DNA of 64,000 nucleotides from a phage: sequence record OZ335961.1; one strand, 5' to 3'. Positions 29,550 through 38,646 of this stretch are shown here, piece by piece; positions within the stretch are counted from its first letter, which is position 1, and each line of letters starts with the position of its first letter. Made by a program: the position numbers and the translations under genes. Below the pieces are notes generated by a model. It saw only the letters and a program-made list of their open reading frames with translations, did not search any database and was not told the DNA's origin.

Positions 29550-29828
29550 TTATTCTTTAAATCTAATCAATTTATTCATAGACTTTGAAACTTCTGCACG
29601 GACCTCATGTAGGTTTTTAAGCTGTTCAAGACGTTGCTCATAGTAAGCAATTTCATCTTCTTCAAGACAGTCCTGTGAATCTTCTTTAAGATAACGTGCA
29701 TAGTCCTGGAAAGCTTTACGGACTACTTCTTGGAAGTCATCAAGACTTTGAATTTTCTTAGGAGCAACAGATACACGACGAGGGGCAGTATAATACTCAT
29801 AACCAAACCCTGCGCTTAATTGAGCCAT
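29550..29828 (-). CDS. hypothetical small protein; candidate Acb2-like cyclic-oligonucleotide sponge (assignment tentative)
   Basis: ~92 aa from [13 protein letters not shown]; position corresponds to T4 vs.3/vs.4. Confidence 0.45.
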   Translation of the reverse strand: MAQLSAGFGYEYYTAPRRVSVAPKKIQSLDDFQEVVRKAFQDYARYLKEDSQDCLEEDEIAYYEQRLEQLKNLHEVRAEVSKSMNKLIRFKE

Positions 29829-30094
29829 TAGTATTTTTCCTCTGGTTGGAACACAGCACGACAAGCCCACATACTGGCTTCTTTGAGTTTCGTTTTAGCA
29901 ATAGTTAACTGATCGAGGCTTTCAGCATAATTCTTCGTGAATTCACAGTCTTCACAATTATCTAGTGCTTCCCAGAATTCATCATATAAAGCATCAAAGA
30001 TAAGTCCTAAACGAACTTCAGCATCTTTGATAGCATTCACTTTACTGATTTTATCGTCAGTATGTGGCTTATAACCTTTAATATCTTCAATCAT
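29828..30094 (-). CDS. hypothetical acidic protein (vs.4/vs.5 position)
   Basis: 88-aa ORF. Confidence 0.45.
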   Translation of the reverse strand: MIEDIKGYKPHTDDKISKVNAIKDAEVRLGLIFDALYDEFWEALDNCEDCEFTKNYAESLDQLTIAKTKLKEASMWACRAVFQPEEKY

Positions 30095-30308
30095 ATTCTA
30101 CTTCCTCACCAGTGCCCAAATCATATTCAACTAAACGAATAGGTTCATGAATGCCATATCCTTGAACAGAAATTTCTGTTGTAGGATAAATTCCATTAAT
30201 ATCACCCATGTTCCATGCTTCATTAAATTGCTGTTCGCCTGAATTACTAAACCATTCGGCGAAAGCATTTAACACATCTTCAGAACCTTCAATAATTATC
30301 TTTGCCAT
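30087..30308 (-). CDS. hypothetical acidic protein
   Basis: 73-aa ORF. Confidence 0.45.
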   Translation of the reverse strand: MAKIIIEGSEDVLNAFAEWFSNSGEQQFNEAWNMGDINGIYPTTEISVQGYGIHEPIRLVEYDLGTGEEVEYD

Positions 30309-30670
30309 TACAAGCTCTCAGTAAAGGTACGAGCAATAACGTCGCGTTGCTGTTCCGGAGTCAGAGAGTTAAAGCGAACTGCATATCCGGATACACGGAT
30401 GGTCAGCTGCGGATATTTTTCCGGATGCTTAACTGCATCTTCCAGAGTTTCACGACGCAGAACGTTAACGTTCAGGTGTTGACCACCTTCAATTTTAACT
30501 GTAGGTTGTGTTTCAATTTCAATTTCACGGGTGTGCAAACCGTAGAAAATTTCTGGGTCTACAAAAGAGTCCTCTTTAAAGGTTTTAGAAACAATAATTC
30601 GTGCTTGAATACCATCTTCAAAATAAATAGTACCTTTATGTGTGCCTTCAAGAATTTGATATGCTTTCAT
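30308..30670 (-). CDS. autonomous glycyl radical cofactor (GrcA/YfiD-like)
   Basis: 120 aa; C-terminal ~60 aa ([59 protein letters not shown]) near-identical to E. coli GrcA as recalled, including RVSGY glycyl radical motif. Confidence 0.7.
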   Translation of the reverse strand: MKAYQILEGTHKGTIYFEDGIQARIIVSKTFKEDSFVDPEIFYGLHTREIEIETQPTVKIEGGQHLNVNVLRRETLEDAVKHPEKYPQLTIRVSGYAVRFNSLTPEQQRDVIARTFTESL

Positions 30671-30677
30671 ATAAACC

Positions 30678-31058
30678 TCAATTAGAAAATAAATTTATCC
30701 AAGATTGCTCTTTAATTAAAAATGGCTCAGAATCATATGCCATTAAACTTTGGGTGATTAGTCCTTTAAAAGGTCCATCAATAAATTCCATGGTAAAATA
30801 CGGAATTTTATTCATTAATCTTGCATTAGGAGCAGTACACAAAACTCTGCATCCTTTGAATACGCCTTTTTGTAATTTGTACTGCTTAGGATAAAATTCG
30901 CTCAAGACGTTATTATTTGCTAAAATTTCAAAATGATTCACCAATTTATTTTTAATAGTTTTTGGCGAAAAATAAAGATATTCGAAAAGTTGCGTATCTG
31001 TCATCATTGCATTCCAATTACGAAAAACTGCGGACGAGTAATACCACCAATGCAGCAT
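30678..31058 (-). CDS. hypothetical protein (start likely internal; overlaps next ORF)
   Basis: 126-aa track ORF overlapping upstream gene by 55 nt. Confidence 0.4.
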   Translation of the reverse strand: MLHWWYYSSAVFRNWNAMMTDTQLFEYLYFSPKTIKNKLVNHFEILANNNVLSEFYPKQYKLQKGVFKGCRVLCTAPNARLMNKIPYFTMEFIDGPFKGLITQSLMAYDSEPFLIKEQSWINLFSN

Positions 31059-31591
31059 TTACTATTGCAGCAGTGTTGCACAGTTTCAATATGAATATCA
31101 TAAATTTTATCCATATCAGGAGATTTAACAGGCTCATCGATTATATACAAAATTCGAGAAAGCGATAAACCTCTGAACTTGCTACCTCTATTACCAACAA
31201 AACTACGGACAGAATCGGTAAATAAGCGGAATCGAATATCATCGCTAGAATAACGAGAAAATTCTTTTTTAATGTGGCCCGCAGAAATTTTAGCGTAAGC
31301 TGAAGTATTAGAAAGAACAATAACTGTTCCACCATCATATAACCAATTAGCGGCAAAATTAGTTACTGCAGTTGATTTACCAGATTGACGTCCACCATCT
31401 AGTCGAAGTGTGCAATACTGTTTGAGTAAGTCTTCAAATGGTGGGATATAATCGTTTTTACAAATTTCTTCTACTCTAGCATCAGAATGGTGTGTAAAAG
31501 CATTCATCAGGGATAGATAAGGACCAGTTAAAAATGTTCTCATTTTATTCTCTCTAAATTTGGGCCATTCCATGGCGCATGAATTATCCAT
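31004..31591 (-). CDS. P-loop-containing hypothetical protein (vs.8 position)
   Basis: 195 aa; Walker A-like GGRQSGKST. Confidence 0.5.
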   Translation of the reverse strand: MDNSCAMEWPKFRENKMRTFLTGPYLSLMNAFTHHSDARVEEICKNDYIPPFEDLLKQYCTLRLDGGRQSGKSTAVTNFAANWLYDGGTVIVLSNTSAYAKISAGHIKKEFSRYSSDDIRFRLFTDSVRSFVGNRGSKFRGLSLSRILYIIDEPVKSPDMDKIYDIHIETVQHCCNSKCCIGGITRPQFFVIGMQ

Positions 31592-31684
31592 TTCTGTATT
31601 TACCCATTACCGCACTTGGGCTCGACCTTATTACAGGTTGGCGGGAATCCCTCATAGAATCATGAGGTCCAGCTTGTTCCCATG

Positions 31685-31987
31685 TTATTTGCCTTTAATT
31701 ACTTTAGCTGCTTCGATAGCCGCTTGCTGAAGGTCATCCATAGACATACCGAATTTAGAAGCAAAGTTATCAATTTTCTTTTCGACGGCATTCAAAGGCT
31801 TGGCCTGTTTACCTTCATTAGCGCCAGGAAGAGCGAGAATACGCTCTTTGTCAATATAAAGGCTTACAAGTTTCTTACGGTCTTTATCGGACAAATCATG
31901 AAATGAATGGGCCTTTTTATTTATAGCGGCTTCTAATTTACCTGCACTCACTCGCGCTTCAGTAATAAATTCTTGATATGTTTTCAT
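31685..31987 (-). CDS. ipII: internal protein II (capsid-targeted)
   Basis: 100 aa starting MKTYQEFITEA (capsid targeting sequence). Confidence 0.8.
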   Translation of the reverse strand: MKTYQEFITEARVSAGKLEAAINKKAHSFHDLSDKDRKKLVSLYIDKERILALPGANEGKQAKPLNAVEKKIDNFASKFGMSMDDLQQAAIEAAKVIKGK

Positions 31988-32028
31988 ATGTTTCCTTTAA
32001 ATGTAAATAGGCCTAAGTATCGGCCTTA

Positions 32029-32604
32029 TTAATTACCACGGGCTGCATTAGCAACGGCGTAAGCGTACTGAACATTAGCGTCTTTAAACGTACCTTTAGA
32101 GGTATCTAGTTCTGCCTTAAAGCCGCCTTTAGTCATAACCTCAGCGAATTCTTTACGGAAAGCCATTGCATCAAGACCTTTCCATGTCGATTTGTGCTTG
32201 GCGAATTCAAGACCAGCGTAGTTGACAGCCTTAGCCAATTTATTGTCAATAACCCATTTACCTGCTTTAGGCACAAACACCGGGCCTTTCTGTTTAGAGA
32301 ACAGTTTTAAATTCCAGCGACGAAGATCACCGTCAGCTTTAACAAAAGCTGCGTCCAAGTTACTAGCAACAACATCTTGAATATGGCCAAATTTAAGCCC
32401 ATCAACTTCAATATTTAGATCGGTACGCCAGCGAAGTCCTTCCCAAGCGAAAGCTTTAAAGTCGGAAGCTTTTGTAGCTAAGTATCGTTCAATAGGGGCT
32501 GTTTTAGGGTCAAAACCGTTTCCTCGGTAAGTCCACTCATCTTTATTAATGCCTTTGGCCTTTTCCACAGAAGCTTCAGCGATAAATTCTTTATACGTTT
32601 TCAT
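32029..32604 (-). CDS. ipIII: internal protein III (capsid-targeted)
   Basis: 191 aa starting MKTYKEFIAEA. Confidence 0.8.
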   Translation of the reverse strand: MKTYKEFIAEASVEKAKGINKDEWTYRGNGFDPKTAPIERYLATKASDFKAFAWEGLRWRTDLNIEVDGLKFGHIQDVVASNLDAAFVKADGDLRRWNLKLFSKQKGPVFVPKAGKWVIDNKLAKAVNYAGLEFAKHKSTWKGLDAMAFRKEFAEVMTKGGFKAELDTSKGTFKDANVQYAYAVANAARGN

Positions 32605-32675
32605 GTGTTTCCTTTAAATATTTTAATTAGTAACTGTGAATATACTATCACAGTTCTAGAAGAAAGTAAACAACT

Positions 32676-33206
<531 letters not shown>

Positions 33207-33662
33207 TTAAAAGAGGCTGTTCATTATTCGGTAAAGTGAAGGACCCATCACATATTGCCACTGAGTACGAGGAATAAGAGCAAAAGCATCCATCTCTGGA
33301 ATCATAACACCATCTTTATTTTCAAAATAAGATTCGCAATGGCAATTTCTAAACATCTCATGCTCTACTGGAATCGTATAATAAAATAACTGCAAGTCTT
33401 TATTACTAGAATATTTAAATACACCTAGGTCTTCTAGAAGGTCTGGATTATAATCGATAAAACCAGTCTCTTCTGAGCATTCTCTTTTTGCAGCTTCCAG
33501 TGCATTCAAATCAGAACTTTCTACACGCCCCTTTGGAATATCCCAGCGATGTGCCATCATTCCAGACTTACGAGAACCAGTAACTCGTCCCATAAATAAA
33601 TCTTTATCTTCTGTCATAAAGATAATACCAGCTGATAATGTTTTCATTTTAATTTCCTGCAT
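33207..33662 (-). CDS. nudE: Nudix hydrolase
   Basis: Nudix box GRVESSDLNALEAAKRECSEETG. Confidence 0.8.
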   Translation of the reverse strand: MQEIKMKTLSAGIIFMTEDKDLFMGRVTGSRKSGMMAHRWDIPKGRVESSDLNALEAAKRECSEETGFIDYNPDLLEDLGVFKYSSNKDLQLFYYTIPVEHEMFRNCHCESYFENKDGVMIPEMDAFALIPRTQWQYVMGPSLYRIMNSLF

Positions 33663-34132
33663 TCAGTGATAAAGTTATTTAAATTTTGAGTATATTTCTT
33701 TTCATCAAAAATCTTTTGTTGTCTGCGTAGCCGCCATGGCATTTCAATGAACGTGTACCATATCCCAGATAATATTGCTGCTGTCAAAATATTAACAAGT
33801 ATGGTTAAAAGAATCCAATCTTCTATTCTGTCCATTGGATTTTTTATGAAAAAGTAAAATACGAATGATGTCACAGGAAGACTAATAATATACCACAGAA
33901 TCATAATTTTATCTGTGAACCAATCAGCGTTCGTTAACTTAGCGCGACCATTATGAATACACACGAATTTATCGTCTGTTATAGTAGATGGCTTAACTGG
34001 TTGATATCCCATTCTAAACTCCCTAATCAACAAATTTTTCATATCTTCGGAACAGCCATTCCAATCAACTCTATCAACTGGAATGCCATCATCCCCATCA
34101 TCTAAATCATACCAGCGAGTTTTTAAAATCAT
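33644..34132 (-). CDS. membrane protein
   Basis: 162 aa with 2 TM helices. Confidence 0.5.
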   Translation of the reverse strand: MILKTRWYDLDDGDDGIPVDRVDWNGCSEDMKNLLIREFRMGYQPVKPSTITDDKFVCIHNGRAKLTNADWFTDKIMILWYIISLPVTSFVFYFFIKNPMDRIEDWILLTILVNILTAAILSGIWYTFIEMPWRLRRQQKIFDEKKYTQNLNNFITECRKLK

Positions 34133-34491
34133 TTAATTTTCCTGCAATCGCTCACGAACTCTTCCATTGATTCTTTTTCAATATAAGACATGTAGTTGTT
34201 ATATTCTTTTAATTGTATTTTGTAATCCTTTTTTCTTTGCCAATTTATTTTAAAATTATCATAATGAAAATATAGTATAGTACCAAAGAATGAAAATAAT
34301 GAAATCGCTATAGTATAACGAAGTTCGCTCCAAACCTCTGTTATAATTGCTGAACTATCGATGTTTAAAATAATACAGTCAATCATTAATCCAATAAGAC
34401 TACCAGCAAGAGCTACAGCCAACGCCACAGCAAAAATTAAAAATGACTCAGAAAAAGAATATTTGACTTTATTTAGTTTTGGCTTTTGCAT
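34129..34491 (-). CDS. membrane protein
   Basis: 120 aa with 2 TM helices. Confidence 0.5.
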   Translation of the reverse strand: MQKPKLNKVKYSFSESFLIFAVALAVALAGSLIGLMIDCIILNIDSSAIITEVWSELRYTIAISLFSFFGTILYFHYDNFKINWQRKKDYKIQLKEYNNYMSYIEKESMEEFVSDCRKIK

Positions 34492-34886
34492 CGTGATTCC
34501 TTAACAAATTTCATAATTTCATTAAATTCATACATATTTAGTTTAAGCTGGTGTTCCTTTTTAATCTTTTTACACTGAGCTTTCCATTCACGTACACGTT
34601 TACGATAATGCCTTCCTTGATACCAATATCCTACCCAATTTACAGGTACCAATAAAAATGGAACTACTAATGGAAGAATTAATACTAACAAAAATATTAC
34701 GCCAGATTCAATATCAGTCATAACGTCTATAACCATTCCAGCAATCAGCAGAATCACAAATGATACAGCTGTCACAGGACCTATTAATACATCAGTAGAA
34801 ATTAGCTGACGCTTTGGTTCATACTTCACAGGTTTACTTGGAAGGTATAGTGATGGCTTTGACATATTCTCTACATTCCTTAACAA
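34473..34886 (-). CDS. membrane protein
   Basis: 137 aa with 2 TM helices and basic C-terminus. Confidence 0.5.
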   Translation of the reverse strand: MLRNVENMSKPSLYLPSKPVKYEPKRQLISTDVLIGPVTAVSFVILLIAGMVIDVMTDIESGVIFLLVLILPLVVPFLLVPVNWVGYWYQGRHYRKRVREWKAQCKKIKKEHQLKLNMYEFNEIMKFVKESRCKSQN

Positions 34887-35442
34887 ATTTTTCTAATAAT
34901 AAATCGCTTTCAAAATTGGGATTTTCTACGAATTTATCAAAAAGATCATCAACAATAGTCAAGATATTCTTTTTGCTAAGAATACGTTTATTTTCATGCT
35001 TTGTTTCAGAATCAACTATAAGAGTAAAGAAATATTTCTTTCCCTGAAATTTTACCGTAGTATCAATATAAAATAAATTTGACTTTTGTAAATTACGTTT
35101 AAACCATGCGTCACTTAAACTATAAACGCCAAGATAATCATAATCGTCATTTAAATAACAAACTGTCCATTCAGGAGAAATGAAATCAGTAAATTCAACA
35201 TCAAAATCACATGTCAATGAATGAATTGATTCAATACTTTTAATGAGTATTCCAGGACGTATTAAAGACTTTTTACCTCTATAAAATCTTCCAGAAAGAC
35301 TTTCATCAGTTTCATATGAAGACCCCCAATAGTAATTACGTCCTTCTGCCATGCGTTTAAGAGCATTTAGTAATTGGTCTGGAACATCAACCTGTCTTTG
35401 GAACTCTTCAAACATTGAATTGAAATCACTTTGCATTTTCAT
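34834..35442 (-). CDS. hypothetical protein
   Basis: 202-aa ORF. Confidence 0.5.
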   Translation of the reverse strand: MKMQSDFNSMFEEFQRQVDVPDQLLNALKRMAEGRNYYWGSSYETDESLSGRFYRGKKSLIRPGILIKSIESIHSLTCDFDVEFTDFISPEWTVCYLNDDYDYLGVYSLSDAWFKRNLQKSNLFYIDTTVKFQGKKYFFTLIVDSETKHENKRILSKKNILTIVDDLFDKFVENPNFESDLLLEKFVKECREYVKAITIPSK

Positions 35443-35463
35443 TCCTATTTACTCCAAGTAATA

Positions 35464-35477
35464 GGGGCCGAAGCCCC
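35464..35477 (-). terminator. hairpin terminator (UUCG loop)
   Basis: GGGGC-UUCG-GCCCC on minus strand. Confidence 0.55.
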
Positions 35478-35483
35478 TTATCA

Positions 35484-36077
35484 TTATTTCAGAGAATTAA
35501 TGTATTCCTGAACATCGGCAGAGGTAGTTTCAACCCCAGAAATATTACCGTTAAAGGTTTCAACCCGAGCAAGGGTATCTTCAATATCAACCTTAGTCAG
35601 TGCTGCAATTTCAACTACATCATCGGCAGTACTAATTCCAAGGGCATTTGCTGCACGAGTTTCACGGATATATTCCAATTTAACCGCAAGTTCTTGACGA
35701 GCATCATCTAACTCAACTACTTTCTTGGCGATTTCAATTCGCATTTCAGCATAACCGTCAGCCTTAGTAGTCAACTGCTCAGCTGTTCGACGATATAGTA
35801 AACCGAGTTTAGCATGCATTGTTACATCTTGACCTTCGGAAAGAAGTTTACGAATTTCACGCTCTTTTGATTCAGCCTGTCGATTCTTTTCGATAACAAG
35901 TTCACGAATACGTTTTTCTTCGTTAATAGATTTAACAGAAGCAGTTTTTAGATCTTTAATTTTATCAAGTAGTTTTGCTGCTGCAGCAGTATACTGTTCT
36001 TCGACAGATAGATTTTTAGCCATAGCAGAACCAAGTTTAGTGCGAATAAACTCAACAATTTTCTTCAGTGTGTTCAT
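35484..36077 (-). CDS. coiled-coil protein (possible PspA/IM30-like fold)
   Basis: 197 aa, helical heptad-rich; followed by UUCG-type terminator. Confidence 0.5.
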   Translation of the reverse strand: MNTLKKIVEFIRTKLGSAMAKNLSVEEQYTAAAAKLLDKIKDLKTASVKSINEEKRIRELVIEKNRQAESKEREIRKLLSEGQDVTMHAKLGLLYRRTAEQLTTKADGYAEMRIEIAKKVVELDDARQELAVKLEYIRETRAANALGISTADDVVEIAALTKVDIEDTLARVETFNGNISGVETTSADVQEYINSLK

Positions 36078-36181
36078 AGTATTTCCTTAGGTTGATTAAG
36101 ATTTAAAATCCGTAAAAGTAGTATTATACTCTATCATCAAGTTACAGGCTCATAATATCTCAATCATGAGCCTATGTAAAC

Positions 36182-36445
36182 TTATTTCATATTATTGAAA
36201 TATTCTTCTGCGATTTCGTCGTTATCGTGGTAAACTTTAGAAGACAGTTTAACATAACCTTCAGCAGTGAACATATTAATCACAACCTTTACAGTATACC
36301 ACTGTCCGTCTTCATTACCCATTACTGCGTAAGTTTCAAACATCGGATGGTCAGGACCGATAACTTTAATATCATTCACTGTACGACCAAAATCTTCTGA
36401 AACGCATTTCATAAAGAAGTTGAACAGTTCGCCGTAATTATCCAT
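36182..36445 (-). CDS. hypothetical protein (start likely MDNYGELF)
   Basis: Track ORF 36182..36499; early promoter -10 overlaps the first codons. Confidence 0.45.
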   Translation of the reverse strand: MDNYGELFNFFMKCVSEDFGRTVNDIKVIGPDHPMFETYAVMGNEDGQWYTVKVVINMFTAEGYVKLSSKVYHDNDEIAEEYFNNMK

Positions 36446-36474
36446 TTCATTCTCCAAGTTGTTTTTCTGTATCA

Positions 36475-36522
36475 GTAGTTGATAGTTGTATAGTACCATG
36501 GAAGAACAGGGATGTAAACAGT
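36475..36522 (-). promoter_or_regulatory. early promoter with conserved downstream element
   Basis: GTTTAC -35 plus GTACTATACAACTATCAACTAC. Confidence 0.5.
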
Positions 36523-36658
36523 TTTGTGAAAAAATTTTTAAAAAGTTTTAGGGAATTCTAGGGCAGGGAGGGGTAATTAAAGGATAGGATAATATATTAT
36601 AAAGGGTAGAAACTAAATGATGCCTAGAGAGGTCCAGAAAGGTCTAGATACCAAAAAG

Positions 36659-36677
36659 CCCTATCATTTAGATAGGG
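36659..36677 (-). terminator. rho-independent terminator after 187-aa capsid-targeted protein gene
   Basis: CCCUAUC-UAAAU-GAUAGGG followed by CUUUUUGG. Confidence 0.55.
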
Positions 36678-36685
36678 ATTTAAAA

Positions 36686-37249
36686 TTATTTACCTAGTTT
36701 AGTTATTATAGCTTCGGCAGCAGCTTTTAGCTTAGATGCGGTGTTAATACGATTTTTAATTTCAGTATACGCATCGCCAAGAACATCAAGGCTATCAGAA
36801 TAAACACTTACACTATTGCGTTCGCTATTTGAAATAGAACCTTTAGTTTTACGATCAAAATCGGTGTACACGTCTTGAAGATCACGGGCTGCCTTCTTTG
36901 CATCATCCAATGCGTCAAGAGCTTTATTTAAAGCATTAACATATTTTTTAGTGTCAAACATATTCTTAGAAATTTTAACAGGTGCACGTTCAGGAGTAGC
37001 TAATGCAGATTTAGGAACCTGAGCGCCAGATGCCAGTTTCTTAGAAATTTTGAAAAATGCTTTATTGAATTTATTTTCTTGACTCATCGTAAAAGAACTA
37101 TTATCGATGTTGTACATTTCAATAGCTTTAGCTTTCCACTTAAGAAAATCGCCGCGGTCTTTTGGGTCTAATTGGAAGAATACTTTAGTAAGATCTGCTT
37201 CAGATGGTAATTTTGCTGCTTCGGTTAAAAATTCGGCATAGGTTTTCAT
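36686..37249 (-). CDS. capsid-targeted internal-protein-like protein (187 aa)
   Basis: N-terminus MKTYAEFLTEAAKLPSE resembles T4 capsid targeting sequence; own terminator downstream. Confidence 0.55.
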   Translation of the reverse strand: MKTYAEFLTEAAKLPSEADLTKVFFQLDPKDRGDFLKWKAKAIEMYNIDNSSFTMSQENKFNKAFFKISKKLASGAQVPKSALATPERAPVKISKNMFDTKKYVNALNKALDALDDAKKAARDLQDVYTDFDRKTKGSISNSERNSVSVYSDSLDVLGDAYTEIKNRINTASKLKAAAEAIITKLGK

Positions 37250-37343
37250 TTAAAATCCTTGAAATAATTTATCGGTTGGTTATTAATTATTTATTACTTT
37301 GTTATTATCCGTAACAGCATTCTATATGTGATTCAAACTAAAA

Positions 37344-37367
37344 AGCCCCAACCTTTTGGTCGGGGCT
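37344..37367 (-). terminator. rho-independent terminator
   Basis: 9-bp stem with AAAA loop followed by U-tract on minus strand. Confidence 0.6.
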
Positions 37368-37374
37368 AAGAATG

Positions 37375-37848
37375 TTATTTGATTTGTTTAGCAGACCAAA
37401 TGCGGTCTTTAATAATTTTTTGGATGTCTTCAACATACTCAAGAGAGTGAACATGTGGATTATCTTTGAAACTATAAGCACGGGCTAACTTTTGGCCTTC
37501 GGTTTTGATTACTAAAAGCTCTTTAAGGATAGCTTCATATTTAGCGATAATTCCTTTAACGATATTTTTTTCTTGTGCAGCTTTAGGATCTGCTTTAGGA
37601 GCAGGTTTACCCGAAGCCTTTGCAAAAGCAGCGCCAGTAGCAACTAGACTTTTCCAGGCCATACTAACTGCATTTCCCGTAAATCCTTCTGCTTTCATGT
37701 CGCGAGCAAATTGGAATCGTGATTCGTCAGAAGCATCTTTATAGGAATATTTACCCGCTGCAATGGCTGCTTTTGCGACAGCTTGAATTTCGGTGCTAGA
37801 TGCTTCATTTAACACCGCTTCATTTAAAAATTGAGCATATGATTTCAT
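37375..37848 (-). CDS. capsid-targeted internal-protein-like protein (157 aa)
   Basis: N-terminus MKSYAQFLNEAVLNE; late promoter TATAAATA upstream and hairpin terminators on both sides. Confidence 0.55.
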   Translation of the reverse strand: MKSYAQFLNEAVLNEASSTEIQAVAKAAIAAGKYSYKDASDESRFQFARDMKAEGFTGNAVSMAWKSLVATGAAFAKASGKPAPKADPKAAQEKNIVKGIIAKYEAILKELLVIKTEGQKLARAYSFKDNPHVHSLEYVEDIQKIIKDRIWSAKQIK

Positions 37849-37888
37849 CTTATTTCCTGTTTTAATTCGTGGATTTAATATACTACTG

Positions 37889-37896
37889 TATTTATA
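37889..37896 (-). promoter_or_regulatory. late promoter (TATAAATA)
   Basis: Exact TATAAATA on minus strand ~40 nt upstream of the 157-aa capsid-targeted protein gene. Confidence 0.55.
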
Positions 37897-37902
37897 CTAA
37901 AA

Positions 37903-37926
37903 AGCCCCAACCTTTCGGCTGGGGCT
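37903..37926 (-). terminator. rho-independent terminator closing the tRNA/stable-RNA transcription unit
   Basis: AGCCCCAGCC-GAAA-GGUUGGGGCU followed by UUUUUAGUAUAAAUA. Confidence 0.65.
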
Positions 37927-37959
37927 AAGCCTTGCGGCAACCTTGTCGGGGTTCCACCT

Positions 37960-38234
37960 GCTAAGGCAAGTGTTTGTACGAAACGCCGGGATTCGAACCC
38001 GGTTATTAAGCAGTTGACGCTACTCAATATTTTTAAAAGGCCATATCTCGACCATATCCGAACGTTCCGTCAAAAACGCTACTCGGCTTACGGCAAAGAT
38101 ATTTCCTCGAATCGATAATTCTGTGCGCCGTTTCAGCTGTGATGTAAGGGGGCATTAACAGATCGTAAAGATTTGTTAATGCCAGTCCTTACCCAGGGAA
38201 CATCAGTCCGACGACTTACCGGTAGCGACCCGGT
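37960..38234 (-). ncRNA. possible small stable RNA(s) / tRNA-like element downstream of tRNA-Arg
   Basis: ORF-free stretch with T-arm-like GGTTCGAATCC (~37981-37994) and a perfect 10-bp hairpin GGCATTAACA...TGTTAATGCC (~38144-38176); position corresponds to T4 stable RNA region. Confidence 0.3.
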
Positions 38235-38310
38235 TTCTTGTTTGGTCGAGGCAGTAGGGATCGAACCTACGACCTAGGACTTAGAAGGTCCTTGCTCTTC
38301 CTTCTGAGCT
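38235..38310 (-). tRNA. tRNA-Arg (anticodon UCU)
   Basis: Hand-folded cloverleaf, perfect 7-bp acceptor stem, GGTTCGATCC T-arm, encoded CCA; coordinates approximate. Confidence 0.7.
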
Positions 38311-38314
38311 ATGC

Positions 38315-38389
38315 CTCGTATTTGGCGGACATGCATGGATTCGAACCATGGACCAATTGATTAACAGTCAACTGCTCTACCACTGAGCT
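38315..38389 (-). tRNA. tRNA-Asn (anticodon GUU)
   Basis: Hand-folded; anticodon loop CUGUUAA; GGTTCGAATCC T-arm; encoded CCA; coordinates approximate. Confidence 0.6.
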
Positions 38390-38394
38390 ACACA

Positions 38395-38480
38395 TCCAAA
38401 TTGGTGGGGAGTGGTGGAGTCGAACCACCCGAGTCGCAATGACAATGGATTTACAGTCCACACCGCTACCTCTACGGGAT
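38395..38480 (-). tRNA. tRNA-Tyr (anticodon GUA), type II with long variable arm
   Basis: Hand-folded; anticodon loop CUGUAAA; long variable arm like bacterial tRNA-Tyr; encoded CCA; coordinates approximate. Confidence 0.55.
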
Positions 38481-38489
38481 AACTCCCCA

Positions 38490-38564
38490 AATTAATTTGG
38501 TGGCCCTGGGTGGAATTGAACCACCGTCTGGCGATTATGAGTCGCTTGCTTGAACCTTCCAGCT
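38490..38564 (-). tRNA. tRNA with CAU anticodon (Ile2 or Met type)
   Basis: Hand-folded; anticodon loop CUCAUAA; encoded CCA; coordinates approximate. Confidence 0.6.
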
Positions 38565-38565
38565 A

Positions 38566-38641
38566 CAGGGCCTTGGTGCTGATTGACGGAATCGAACCGC
38601 CGACCTTCTCATTACAAGTGAGTTGCTCTACCTACTGAGCT
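38566..38641 (-). tRNA. tRNA-Thr (anticodon UGU)
   Basis: Hand-folded; anticodon loop CUUGUAA; 1 nt from neighbouring tRNA; coordinates approximate. Confidence 0.65.
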
Positions 38642-38646
38642 AAATC

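Noticed and set aside
30302-30685. 127-aa plus-strand ORF
   Set aside because: Antisense to the strongly supported GrcA-like gene.
32008-32025. Short hairpin AGGCC...GGCCT between ipIII and ipII as a terminator
   Set aside because: Only a 5-bp stem with 8-nt loop and poor U-tract; too weak to call.
36500-36685. Possible 26-aa plus-strand micro-ORF (MMPREVQKGLDTKKPYHLDRDLKLFT) in the intergenic region
   Set aside because: No convincing RBS or promoter; region better explained by a minus-strand terminator and early promoter.
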